A stretch of 64,000 nucleotides of DNA from contig LSRY02000020.1 in the NCBI GenBank assembly GCA_001643675.2, forward strand, positions 1,178,001 through 1,242,000, read 5' to 3'. Each line of letters starts with the position of its first letter. Position 1 is the stretch's first letter. The position numbers and the translations under genes were made by a program. Source of the stretch: Monocercomonoides exilis PA203. Lineage: Eukaryota; Protista; Preaxostyla. Shown piece by piece: positions 1-11,872 of this stretch. Under the pieces are notes generated by a model. That model was not told the DNA's origin. It saw only the letters and a program-made list of their open reading frames with translations, and did not search any database.

Positions 1-2
1 TG

Positions 3-3000
3 ATCATCATTTTCCATGAAATATTCCAGTTGACTTCCAACTGCCTTTTCAAAAATCAATATTGCTTTTACATTCTCTTCTCCCATTGATATAGCCTTTT
101 TGATCTGATAGTTGGAAACATTGAATGAATCTCGAATAATTGTTGATCCTTCAATTTGAATTGTTTTCATAGCATCTCCATCTCTCATGCTTTTCATCCC
201 TTTCCACATCGTTTGACATGGCTCTTCCTCGCTTCCACAGCGCGCAACATCAAATCCATTCGATGAGATAAATATCTCAAATGAGCTGTATGGGATCAGA
301 AACATGAACAAATCTTTGTTTGAATGAAAATCATCACTCCCCACAAATAGAGTTTTATCATTTTTCATTGAGGAATAATCGAATTTGAATGAATCATTTG
401 TCACTGAACAATTAAAATCCCTTCCCAAAATGAACACATTCTTTCCAATGGCTGCTTTGTTGTTCTCAAAAGTTACACCAAAATCAAAAACAAATGGCTT
501 CTCATTCAAACAATTTTGACAATCCAAATACAAGAATCCTCCTTTCCCATTGCTTGATGAAAGCGAACAAAATGATGCATTTGTTGATTCAATGGCCAAT
601 TCTTCATTCCCTTTCAATATCACTCTTGCAACACCCCCTTCACCGCTTCCAGTGTTCACAATATTTGGAAAGTTGCTGTTTTCGAACAAAACAGAAGAAG
701 ACATCACCAATGGAGATTTGGAAAATGAATATCCTGATAAACTGCATCCTTTCAATGTGCAACTTCCAGTGGTTGTGGTTATCAATGAGTATTGAACAGT
801 ATTTGTTGCTGATTGAATCTCAAATGAACAGTTTTCGAGTTGAAGAATATAACTTGAAGAGATCAAAGAATTCATACTCGGTATAAATTGATTTGGAATC
901 TGTAACTTCAAAGATAACATGCTGAGCGGCTGAATTGATGAAATAACAGATGATGATGATGATGCAGAATCCCCATTGATTGTCTCTTCAAAATGAACAG
1001 CCTTGTGTTTGGTTTCATCTCCCTCATTCACACACCCATCAATCACAAGTGCATCTGTGAAGCAATAAATATCTTCAATTGTCCCTTCGTCTTTCACCTT
1101 CACTTTCCTTTCTCCAACTGCTCCACTTCTGTCAATGTGGTCAATTCCGCTTTTCATTGATTGGCATGGGAATATCTCATCTCCACATCCCAAAGTGTCA
1201 TGCCCACCAGTCGACACAGACACCTCCATCCACTTCAAAGAAACAAGAAACACTCGAAGATCCATTTCCCCATATTTTCCATCTTCCCCAACAAATGCAT
1301 TCCCATCATCCACGTAATCTGTGTTAACAATTGCAAAACGCTCTGTATTCACACTGTTCACCAGATTCCCACTCTTCACAAACATGTTCTTCCCAACTGT
1401 TGCTGAGCATTCAGAAAATGATATTGACGAGAGCTGAAATGCTTCTTCATTTAAGCTGCAATCCAGATATATCCCTCCACCTTTTCCTCCCTCACTCATA
1501 TTCTCACAAACACATCCAACAAATGAACTATTTTCAAGTGCCATAAATCCTCCTTCGCTCAATGCTATTTTCAGCGCTCCTCCTTCTTTGCTCTTCTCTG
1601 ACAATGCCCCGTCAATTCTGCTTCCATTCAACACCATCCCAATTCCCACATTCCCTCCAAACACTGCTGCCTCTGTACCTTCATCAATTTCCAATCCTTC
1701 CAGTGTGCAATTCAACAACTTCACTTTGTATTCCTGTTCATTCATATTTGCTGAGGAAAGTGAAAATGTAAATAACGAGACTGTAGATTTCACATCTGAA
1801 ATCGTGACAGAGTCCAGCTCAACAATCTTCCCTGTCGATCTGATCAAGAAAAGTCCAATTGTGCTTCCCTTTCCTCCAATCGCATTCATCTCACAGTTTT
1901 TCATGAACAGCTCCCCATTTTGGGTCCTTGATTCGATCACTGATGCGATTACCCTGCTAAAACTCGATGGAACAACAATCCCAATGAACTCTAATTCTGT
2001 CAACGATGATGATTTCAGAATGCATTCTTCAGAGCCGCTAACTTCCCTTTGGCATTCAATTTCCACAATTGCCTCAGTTTTTGCCTTCACACGCATTCCA
2101 CCAACATCTACACATCCCCTCATCAACGAATTTGAAATTACAATAATCTCTTCTTTAACATTTATTATTCTCTTCAAACGCTCCATTCCATTATTAATAT
2201 TCTTACAAGGTGCCTTCTCCCGCCCACAATACACCTCCTCCACTCCAGATGTGCCATCAACATACACCTTATCAGCAAAGTATCCATCGAAGAATATGAA
2301 CAAGTCGACATCCCAATCACCGAATGCTTCTGTTCTATCGTGTCCAACAACCGAGTTGTCTTTCTGAGTGATGTTTCCCATGAAGGCGAACAATGGCTCT
2401 TTCACAGAAGCAATAAGGGATTCACACACAAAATACACATCTCTTCCAACACTCGCCTTGTTGGCTGAAAACACAATATTGGTGATGGAAAAGGAGGATT
2501 CTGACACTTGTGAGCCTTCATTGAACTCGATCATGAGAGCACCGCCTCTTCCTCCGAAACTTGTATCCTCGCTCACACAACAGCTGGAGAAGGCAGTGTC
2601 ACTCACTGAAAACGAGTTGGCAGGGGAAGATGAGGCGAATGAGATGCACCCACCATTGGTGGCAGTCTGTTGGCTCAACTGTTCTGAGTTGATGTTGGTG
2701 ATGGTGCAGTTGGTGAGGGTGAGGGAGAGGGCAGTGGAGGTGGCAGAAGAGAGGACACAGCTGGCGGGAGTGGCTGTGGAGGTGATGTGAGTGATGTTGG
2801 AGGAGTTGAGGGTGAGGGGAGATGTGAGGGAGGTGAGGTGGAAGATGCTTTGGCTGTTGAGGGCGAGTTGGATGATTGCTGTGTGGTTGAGGGCGAGGGA
2901 GCCGGCAGTGATGAAGAAGAGAGGTGTTTTTATTGTTATGGAGGTTGTTCCGGTGATGGTGGTTGTGTTGAGGTTGAGGGAAGGGGAGTTTTGGGAGAGG

Positions 3001-5261
3001 TGGAAGAGGATGGGGGTGATTTGATTTGTGGAGTTGTGGACGACGGTGAGGGCAGAGACTGTGAGGGAGCCCTGAGTTTGCTGGAAGAGGGCAGAAGAGG
3101 CAGATGGATCTGGCGAAGAAAATAATGATGATGAGGATGAAAATGAAGAAAATGATGATGTTGATTGTGATGATTGTGAATGTGAGTTTGGTTGTTGGGG
3201 AATGCCACTGGATGAGATGGTGGTGGCAGTTGTGCCATTTCCAGTGATTTTTGTATCAGCTGCGCTGAAGGTGAGTGTTTGAAGAGGAACAAATATTGAG
3301 GCGAGGAGCTTGAGTGAGGCGTCTTGGAGGATAGAAATGAAGCCATTGAGGGCATACTCGATGGTGGCACATGGGGTCTGATCTACTCTACCACAGATTT
3401 CCATATCGGTTCCGCTGTTAGAAACGATTTTGTTCTGAGAAATGAGAGGGAGCCAGCCATTGTACACATCGCTATCAGCTGTTCCACAATTCCACACTCT
3501 TTTTGTTGGGGTTGTTGATCCGCACTGATTGAATGGAGATTGGGTGATGCTGCCATTGAAATACACATCATTCCCTCTTCCATTTGCAGCTGTGTTTCCA
3601 TCGAAGAAACAAAATGTGATGAATTTTATTCCGCTCATCCATGAATATGCTGGAAGGAAACACATTGCAGCACCTCCCCATGAAGTTGAAGTTGATGTCA
3701 ATTTATTATTTATAAATAGCGAATCTTTAATTGAAAACTGACTTAGCAGAGCACTTGGAGTATTATAAAATGTTAAAGAGCCAGTGGAATCTCCACCAGA
3801 ATTTGAAACGCAATTGCATCCGGAAAATAGGAATTGAACATTCGAAGGCGAGTTAACGAGTCCAAGATACCAACCAGTTCCTATATTACTTGTTATTTTA
3901 CAGCTTTCTACCCTGTTTTCTGAGAACGCCCAAACAGCATTTGACTGTGGATGCCATATAGCTGCTGCTCCTCCACCAGATGCATAGCATTTTGTGAAAT
4001 TAGATTTTGCAATATTCATATTTGACAAATTTTGAGAGAACAATGCTCCACCAAAATTTCCATTAACTGCGCAATTGTAAAAAGAACAATAAGCAATTGT
4101 GAGATTTGAATTTGTACAACTAACATAAAGCGCACCACCATAACTTGATCCACCATTTGAACTATTCCATTCGCACCATTCGAAGCGATGGCTGTTCAAA
4201 TCAAATGAAGTCAGTCTTCCTGGCGTTTTTCTGTGAGTTTCATTTCCTACATATACAACAGGAGCATTTGGTGAAGAGCGTGTTTGGTGAAGGAAAGAAG
4301 TGTTGAAGGCAGAAAGAGAAGTGGATGGGCTGTTGAGGTTGGGGAGGATGGCACCATCGATGGGGTTGCGAGTGTGTTTGAAGATGGTTGAGTGGATGGA
4401 GATGGACGAGTGAAGAGAGAAGGAGGGGATTGTATTGAAGTTTGTGTTGGTGTTGGTGGAAGAGGAAGAGGTGGTTGATGTGAATGGATAAAGTGAGTGT
4501 GAGGGAAGGGATGGAAGAGATGGATTGGAATGGGATGAGGAGATGTTGGAGAAGAGGGTGTTTGAGAGATGGAGATCGAGGTGGATTTGGAGGTGGGGAT
4601 GATATTGGTGATGGATATGGAGAGGGGAAGGGGAAGAGGAAATGGAAAGAGAAGAGGAAGGGGAAGGGGAAGAAAAAAAAGATGATGAGAATGAGGATGA
4701 GAAAGATGAAGGAGAAGGGGAAATGGAAGGAGAAAATGAAGGGGAAGGGGAAGAAAAAGAAGAAGGAGAAAAAAGGAAGGGCTGGACGAGGGAGATGAAG
4801 GAGGAGAAAGAGGAGTGAGAGATGGAGAAGGAGGTTGGGATTGGGGTGTGGGCATGCGGGAGGAGATTGTTTGGGGTGGAGAAGAGGGGGAAGGAGAAGA
4901 TAACAGGTTTGTGGGTGATGAGGGAGAAGTTTGTGAGTGCGAGGGAGGCATGGGCAGAGAGGAAAAGTGGAGATTTTGTTGCTGGATGAATTTTGCAAGC
5001 GGAAGAGAAGATAGTGGCAGCTGAGTGGTGTTGGGCAGTGAGGAGTGGACGACCATTGGTAGGGATGATATTGAGATGGCTTACGCACAAGGATGTGTTG
5101 CTGATGGAGATGCTCGTTTCAGCACATGCGAAATCACTGAATATTGTATTTCGAACGCTCACAGCCTGCCCATCGCTGATAGAAAATTCATTCGCACTGA
5201 GCACAACATGCATGCAAAACATTATGACCAACAAAAATAAAGCCATTGAGTTTCCTCTCAT
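3..5261 (-). CDS. Giant Cys/Gly-rich modular surface protein (beta-helix/Pmp-like GGA[IL] repeats); 5' part only, runs off the left edge
   Basis: ATG at 5261 gives MRGNSMALFLLVIMFCMHVVLSA (signal-like). Spot translations in this frame are all open (RFEWCEW..YGGALYV; CGRVDQTPCATI; CGREKAPC; CGDEIFPC; CGSEEEPCQTMWKGM). The ORF track lists no stop-terminated ORF in this frame, consistent with an open frame leaving the window. Clear paralog of 14368-26586. Confidence 0.85.
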   Translation of the reverse strand, partial: MRGNSMALFLLVIMFCMHVVLSANEFSISDGQAVSVRNTIFSDFACAETSISISNTSLCVSHLNIIPTNGRPLLTAQHHSAATIFSSACKIHPATKSPLFLSAHASLALTNFSLITHKPVIFSFPLFSTPNNLLPHAHTPIPTSFSISHSSFSSFISLVQPFLFSPSSFSSPSPSFSPSISPSPSSFSSSFSSSFFSSPSPSSSLSISSSPSPLHIHHQYHPHLQIHLDLHLSNTLFSNISSSHSNPSLPSLPSHSLYPFTSTTSSSSTNTNTNFNTIPSFSLHSSISIHSTIFKHTRNPIDGAILPNLNSPSTSLSAFNTSFLHQTRSSPNAPVVYVGNETHRKTPGRLTSFDLNSHRFEWCEWNSSNGGSSYGGALYVSCTNSNLTIAYCSFYNCAVNGNFGGALFSQNLSNMNIAKSNFTKCYASGGGAAAIWHPQSNAVWAFSENRVESCKITSNIGTGWYLGLVNSPSNVQFLFSGCNCVSNSGGDSTGSLTFYNTPSALLSQFSIKDSLFINNKLTSTSTSWGGAAMCFLPAYSWMSGIKFITFCFFDGNTAANGRGNDVYFNGSITQSPFNQCGSTTPTKRVWNCGTADSDVYNGWLPLISQNKIVSNSGTDMEICGRVDQTPCATIEYALNGFISILQDASLKLLASIFVPLQTLTFSAADTKITGNGTTATTISSSGIPQQPNSHSQSSQSTSSFSSFSSSSSLFSSPDPSASSALFQQTQGSLTVSALTVVHNSTNQITPILFHLSQNSPSLNLNTTTITGTTSITIKTPLFFITAGSLALNHTAIIQLALNSQSIFHLTSLTSPLTLNSSNITHITSTATPASCVLSSATSTALSLTLTNCTITNINSEQLSQQTATNGGCISFASSSPANSFSVSDTAFSSCCVSEDTSFGGRGGALMIEFNEGSQVSESSFSITNIVFSANKASVGRDVYFVCESLIASVKEPLFAFMGNITQKDNSVVGHDRTEAFGDWDVDLFIFFDGYFADKVYVDGTSGVEEVYCGREKAPCKNINNGMERLKRIINVKEEIIVISNSLMRGCVDVGGMRVKAKTEAIVEIECQREVSGSEECILKSSSLTELEFIGIVVPSSFSRVIASVIESRTQNGELFMKNCEMNAIGGKGSTIGLFLIRSTGKIVELDSVTISDVKSTVSLFTFSLSSANMNEQEYKVKLLNCTLEGLEIDEGTEAAVFGGNVGIGMVLNGSRIDGALSEKSKEGGALKIALSEGGFMALENSSFVGCVCENMSEGGKGGGIYLDCSLNEEAFQLSSISFSECSATVGKNMFVKSGNLVNSVNTERFAIVNTDYVDDGNAFVGEDGKYGEMDLRVFLVSLKWMEVSVSTGGHDTLGCGDEIFPCQSMKSGIDHIDRSGAVGERKVKVKDEGTIEDIYCFTDALVIDGCVNEGDETKHKAVHFEETINGDSASSSSSVISSIQPLSMLSLKLQIPNQFIPSMNSLISSSYILQLENCSFEIQSATNTVQYSLITTTTGSCTLKGCSLSGYSFSKSPLVMSSSVLFENSNFPNIVNTGSGEGGVARVILKGNEELAIESTNASFCSLSSSNGKGGFLYLDCQNCLNEKPFVFDFGVTFENNKAAIGKNVFILGRDFNCSVTNDSFKFDYSSMKNDKTLFVGSDDFHSNKDLFMFLIPYSSFEIFISSNGFDVARCGSEEEPCQTMWKGMKSMRDGDAMKTIQIEGSTIIRDSFNVSNYQIKKAISMGEENVKAILIFEKAVGSQLEYFMENDD

Positions 5262-5551
5262 ATTCCAAAAGAAAAACAATTTTCTAATATCTTTATGTAA
5301 TTAAATATGTATAATGTATTAGATCAATTATTATTTTTTATAAATTGATTTTTTTTTATTTCTTTTGAAATGAATTTAAATTATTAAAAAGTCATTTAAT
5401 CATTTTTGTTTGCATTGAAAGGATTTATATTTTGGAATCGATTTTGAAATTATATCTTTTTGATTAAATGATTTTGAAAAAGCAAAAAAAGACAAATATC
5501 TTTGCTAATTATTTCTTTGTCAATATGAGTTATCGCATCAAAAATGTACTA

Positions 5552-5552
<1 letters not shown>

Positions 5553-5606
<54 letters not shown>
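5553..5606. repeat. poly(A) tract, 54 nt, intergenic
   Basis: Directly visible. Confidence 0.9.
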
Positions 5607-5609
<3 letters not shown>

Positions 5610-5894
5610 ATTAAAGGTGTTATTTTCCGGAAAAAATCATGTTCAAAAGATTTCTGTTAATTTTTCTTTTTTGATTAAAGCTTTATAAACCAGAAAATTT
5701 TAGTTACTGGTTAATAAACAAGGTTCCTATAAATTGCTCACCCTGAATTAATAAAAAAAAATCTTTTTTAAATAGAAAAGGAAAAGAGATGACATGCGCA
5801 AATTCAACTCAAAATAAGAAAAGAAAATAAATGAAGCGAATTCTATGCCTAATTCACAAATTCATGAAATGCTTTTCAGATTTTTGACAGTGGT

Positions 5895-6677
5895 TCAGAA
5901 TAGGCTCGTTTGTTTCATAATCTCAATGAACTCGTTTTCATTGACTAAAAATAGAAATTATTAAAATGAATAAAAAATAAATTGCACAATAACATTCGAT
6001 TATAGCAAACTTACTCCATCTTGATCCTTATCAAATTCATCAATCATTGCTTGAAGCTCTGAATCAGAGAGTTCTTCACCAAGTTCTTTGGCAATTCGAC
6101 GTAGCTGCTTGAGAGTGATTTTCCCTGTGTGATCCTCATCAAAAATTGCAAATGCTTTTCTCATCTCATCTTCAGGATTTCGTTCACTAAATTTACTTGT
6201 TACTAAAAATAGTAAATTGAATATAAAAAATTTTTGTTTAAGCAGGTCAATATTTCAAATGGAATAATACACAAACTAATTTCAACAAAAGAATCATAGT
6301 CAATAGATCCATCATCACTGTATTCTTCAAGAAGTTGAAGAACTTCTGCCTTTTTAATATCTATTCCTAAAGAACGAATTGCCACCTGAAAAACAGATAT
6401 AAATTAAAATCATTCAAAGAAAAATGCAACAAGCCTTTAATTCATAATAATTCAAGCTTCCTTTTCTTTTTGTATCAAAAAGCTCAAACGATTCTTTTAT
6501 TTCTCTTTTATCCTGTTCTGATAATTCAAATTTTTGCTTTTTTCCTTTTGACTTTTGTAAATATGAAGTGTCAAATCTTGACTGAGATGAAGGATATAAA
6601 GATGAAGATTCATTTCCAGTTGGTTCTCGTGACAATGGAAAAGATGATGGAAATGAAGGACGAGCTTGTAAAAACAT
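5895..6677 (-). CDS. Centrin (centrin-3/Cdc31-like EF-hand protein), 4 exons
   Basis: Spliced translation: [43 protein letters not shown]...[68 protein letters not shown]. Introns at about 6386-6434, 6203-6276 and 5945-6010. Confidence 0.92.
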
Positions 6678-8710
6678 TTCACTGTGATGAAATATGATGT
6701 CACTAAAAATATATAGCAATTTAAGTAATATTTTTACAGATATAGAATTTTGAATGTCATTAAAGAAAAGCATGCAAACATTTTGTTTAAATGATTGATC
6801 GAACCAATAACTTTTTTGAGTTATCAAAAAATTAGAAATGTTGAGATAAATGTGCATTGATCGGATCTTTGGAGACTCATCAACACGCTACAAAGATTTT
6901 TGATTTTTCAACGTTTTGAGCAATGAACAAACGAAATTAACATATGGGCAGTTACAAATATATTTGAAGCAATTTTGTTTAAATGGAAATCATAAACATG
7001 AATTGTAAGATAAATTAAGATTAATTATTTTCATATATCTTGTAAGCAAGAACCAGACAGAGAATAAATCTGAGTAATTATTTTGTCTTTCAAAGGGCTT
7101 TTTTATTTGTTGAAGCGTTTTCAAATCTTTTTTGTAAAATTGAGAGCCAAAGTTTTCAGAATTCACAGGGTCATGCATTAAACATTATTTCTAACGCTAT
7201 TTTCTTATGAGCATCAAGAAACTTTTTTCTTGAGACACATATCTTAACAAGATTAACCAATTTATGAGGTACAAATAAGAATCAAAACATTCGCTATTTT
7301 GGTTTCATGTTTAATATGTGTTGCATTCCATGTGATTTTCTTTTGAGCATTTAGAGTGTTGAGACTTTTTGGCTCCGGCAATCATTTCTGAAAAGGAAAC
7401 AAACTCTCGCTGATCTTATATGAGATGAAAAGAATCCGAACAAGAACATTCACTCCATAATACATCTACTGTTATATGATTTTGAATAGAAATATCAAAC
7501 AAACTCTGACAAATTCTGCATTTTATTTCATCAAACTTACATACGAAGCTATTTTCATCACTCAATGATTTGTGATCAACAGCCACAATGCTTCAATCAG
7601 TTTTGATAATAAAGTTGACAAAACCAATTAATAAGAAATAAAGCATCGCTTCTCCAGCATTGTGCGTTGTTTAATTTGGTTTCGTTTATTCATTCTCATG
7701 TTCAAAGAGATTTTATCCTAAAATACATAAGGCAGACATTTACTTAGTTTTTTGAAAAAATCATCACATGCAGAACTGAGATTTTCGTAATTTGAAGTAA
7801 ATTTGCTCTTTTTCATAGCAATTAATTACCAATAGAAAAGTGAGCATTGAACTGGAAGTCTGATTGTGAGGCATCGGATTCTGAGCACAAAGATGAATTG
7901 GTTGAAAGAAATAGAAGAAAATGAAAACATGAAAGAGGAAAATAAAGAAAGAGAAAGAGAAAGAGAAAAGATGAGTATGTGATGAGCGAGTTGATATTTG
8001 CTCAGCGAAAATATATTTATAAAAAAGATGTGTACTTGATCGGATTCTGTGGATTCTTGTGTCAAGTTGAATCGAGCAAACATAATTTTCACCTGAAAAA
8101 ACTAGAAATGACTCAACTATGGTGTATAATAAGATGCAAGTATTATGTGTGAATTTAAAGTTTGTTCTCTTCAAAACAAACTATTTTTTATTTTTTTGAA
8201 GAAGAAATATGCCATCAATTCACCTTTTATCACCAGAATATTTAATTACAAGATCAATTAAAATGAGCTTGTTAATGAATGTTTATTGTGCTTGATGACG
8301 AATATTTCACGATAATGATGCAACAACTTCAAAACGAATTTTTCTTTGAATGTTTTGTGACTTTTATTTGTACTTAAGATCTTTTTAGATAATCTGAATG
8401 TTATGGAGGAAAAGAAATCGAAAATACGATTATAATTCAAAAAAGGAGAAAGAATCAACAAAAGAATAACAACGTTTTTGAGAAGAGCAAACAGAAAGAA
8501 TAGTAATTATTTTTTTGTTGAAGTGAGTGAAATGGTGTTGAAATGAATCGCTGAAATGATTTTCAATAAGCCACAAAAGCGCATGAAACCATTAAATCTG
8601 ACTTTTTTTTTGAAAAATTTCAGAGCATTCTCAATTTTAAATCAGTGGGGGCCATACAATTCAATCTCATTCTTATTATAATTATTCAATCAATCCCATC
8701 GCACTTTAAT

Positions 8711-9468
8711 TCAGCGCTTCGAGTTGCTTTCAGCATTCTCAGCAATAAATTCATGCAACTGAGTGAAAAGTAATGACACATCCTTTTTATCTTTTTGATG
8801 AGAAAGATAAGAGCGGGTCTTTTCAAAGCGAACAGCACCACTTGAAGATGAGCCCGACTCTGTTTTCGTCTTTTGTGTTTCGTGGGGATGTTGAGTGTGC
8901 ATTTCTGTTGACTTCGCTGAGACTTCAGACGCACCAACAACTTTCCATTCAACGTCGCTTCGAAACTGCTTTCCCCACAACTTTGCCTCCAGCTCCTTCA
9001 TATAGAAAAGAACATCAAACGCATTTGAGTAAATTCCACACAGCACATTAGTAATCAGATCAACACACAGACAAAGAGGCAGCGGGTACGGCTGCAGATA
9101 GCTGCCTGTCGAAGATGAGCGCATATCATTGTAAACAAGAAGGTTACTCGAAGACAACGAAGACGAATAATCATCAGACTCAGATGAAGAACTGGCAGAA
9201 GCAGACGACTGAGTAGATGCAGATGATGTAAGTGAAGTGATGTTTTTCGTGCGCCTGCGAAAAGACTGTGGATTCGAAGGGATTTGAGGGCTGTAGAGAA
9301 GAAGAGGAGGAACTACAAATGCAAAAAGAGGTGAAGATACCCCAAAAATCAAGCCATTTGACAACGGAAGAAGAGTTGCTTCTGGGAAATTCAGAAGAAT
9401 CTTCTGGAGGCCTCGTTTTGACCGTTTTGAAAGCTCCATCGAAGACGATTTATGTGATTGATCAGACA

Positions 9469-9533
<65 letters not shown>

Positions 9534-11488
9534 AGAGAAATAGCTCTTTTTCTTTCAATTATTGCTTCTTCTGCACCCAGCCTTACAATGCGAGAAGCAG
9601 AAGCATCCCCTTTCTTCCCTTCCTCATTGAGCTGCGATTGACGAGCGTCTTTGAACTCTTCATCCTCATCACTCTCCTCATCCCCACAGCACCGAATCAT
9701 TGCAGCGCTCAGAGACGCACTCTCTTCTTCGATGATCCGGTCAAACGGGATGTGGTTGAAGAAGCTGCTGTGGTGCAGCGCTCGGTGCGTCCCAAGCTCG
9801 TCGTCCGATGCGGCCGACTGCGAGGAGCTCTCCTCACTTTGCGGTGCGTTGTCGACTCGGTGCCTCCGTCGAAGCGCACGAAGACGGGAAAGAGAATGCA
9901 AGTTTGGCGAAAGCGACGAAGACGATGACGATGATGAGGAAGATGAGGATGAAGAGGAGGACGGGAGGTGCTTGTACCGAGACGATCGGATGATCATTGT
10001 CCCACCAACCTCGTCTTCGTTGTCATAGCCCATGTCTTCATCGTCTTCATCGTCTTCGTCCATTGGAATGGCATCTGAATGGCTCACATCCGAATCAGAG
10101 ACGCTCCAGCTCTCGCTGCCCGATTCGTTTGCATCGCTCTCATCCACGCTCCCGATGTCTTCCCCATCCTCAGCATCCAAGCTGGAGTCTCCTGACACCT
10201 CTTCGGCCCACCACGAGTTCCACTCTTCGTCGCCTCGGAGCGTCCCTCGCTTCAGCAGCCGTGTTGTCTCGGCGGACGCAACTTCAGCATCCAGCAGCTG
10301 GAGCAGCAGGGCAATGGGGATACCGCGGTGAGAGGAAAATGCCCGAAGCAGCAGCAGCGATGAGCGATGGCTGTTGAGTGCTGACGTAATGGCTACCATA
10401 TTTGAATTAGAAATCGAAGACGAGATTGAAGAAGGAGCAAACAGAAATGGCACGCTAAGCTCACTTAGATGCTTCAGCATAGCTGGCCATTCTGGGAGAG
10501 GGCCCACTCGTCTACTCACATCTCTGGCTTCTGGAGCATCAACGGTGTAAGCTGCGTGCAGGACAGAAGAGAAAACTGCAGCTAAGACAGGCATTGGGCG
10601 CAGGAAGGACGAAGGGAAGGCTTCAAGAAGGGAAAGATAAGGAAGTCCTAAAGAAAACAAAGCCGGAGGCAATCGAAGTGTTGTGGTGAAATGACGAATA
10701 TAAAGTGCCAGCCAATTTGGAGGAGGAACTTCAAGTGGCTGTAGAAATACTAATAAATCCTTTGTTAATTGAACGATTCGGTCAACAGTTAGAAAAATTC
10801 GAGGACGAAACGATCGTTTTGATTGTTGTTTGCAACAAGGAATTGTTTTCCAAAACGTTAGCAAAGGCATTCGAGACTCCAATGGATAACGAGTGACCCA
10901 ATACAGCAAATCCTCAACAGTAATAGGAACTCGCATAATTAGCAAAGCAATCTGAATCAAAGACAAAGAAATTTCAGGCGAAACTCCTTGAACGACACCT
11001 GCACGAAGTAGCGAAAGATATCTTGCCCAAATGTCTCCAACAACTTGTGAAATAAGCGGTGAAACACCTATTTCAGGAAGTATTAAAAATCGAGTTTGAG
11101 CTTGAAGAAGTCCTTGAAATGAAATGATAAAATCTTGACCGCATAGGTTTTGTTGCCGTGAAAAATAAGCTTCAGCTAAATTATTTGTTCTAAGTATTTC
11201 CTGAAAGAATCCAAATTATTAATATCTCTCAAAAAATGAAATCCAAACTTGCTTAGAATCCAAGTCTGCTTTCCTCGAAGCAAGTTTACGAGTTCTTTGC
11301 GACCCTCCAATTCCAAATCCTTCTAATGTTGTACGTGCAAGTGATGCCTAAGAAATCATAATTTCATAAAAATGAAAGCAATAATTTGATCAAACTGTTG
11401 CTCTTGTTCCACAACGAGTACAAATCATAAATCCAGCAGAACTTTCTCTGAAAACTGTTCCATGACATACTGTACAAACAGGAGACAT
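8711..11488 (-). CDS. RRN7: RNA polymerase I initiation factor RRN7/TAF1B-like, with long Ser/acidic insertions
   Basis: N-terminal zinc ribbon MSPVCTVCHGTVFRESSAGFMICTRCGT, then after short introns FQGLLQAQTRFL...VGDIWARYL and IALLIMRVPITVEDLLYWV, matching the RRN7/TAF1B cyclin-like region. Confidence 0.72.
9469..9531. repeat. (GAT)n microsatellite encoding poly-Ser on the minus strand
   Basis: About 20 perfect GAT units inside the RRN7-like CDS. Confidence 0.9.
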
Positions 11489-11872
11489 TTGATATGTATG
11501 AAAAATAAAAATAAAATAAAATAATGGCAGAAAAAAATATTTATCAATCAAGATATACGTTCAAAATAGATTTATGCCTTTTTTCTGTGCAGTTGTTTTT
11601 TAAAGGAGTTTCTTTATTTTTTATATATATATTATTTTTCCTTGGCATTTGTTTGTCGAAAAAAATAACTATTGATTATGTCTTCAAATTGTTTTTGAAG
11701 AGAAAAAATATGGACAATTATCATTTTAGTGAAAATCAATTTGCCAGTTTTGAAATTTCAAAACAAAAATTATTTCTTAAAAAAATTTTTCAAAAATAAA
11801 ATGATACAATAAAATAATTGTGAAGTGAAATAAATAATCATAATTTTTCTTTCTTTCTTTCTTTCTTTCTTT

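Noticed and set aside
494-5304. Numerous plus-strand and off-frame ORFs in the track
   Set aside because: They are shadows of the long minus-strand frame 5261->3, which the track omits because it has no stop in the window
6900-8600. Short ORFs in the AT-rich interval between centrin and RRN7
   Set aside because: No recognisable motifs, consistent splice model or terminal repeats
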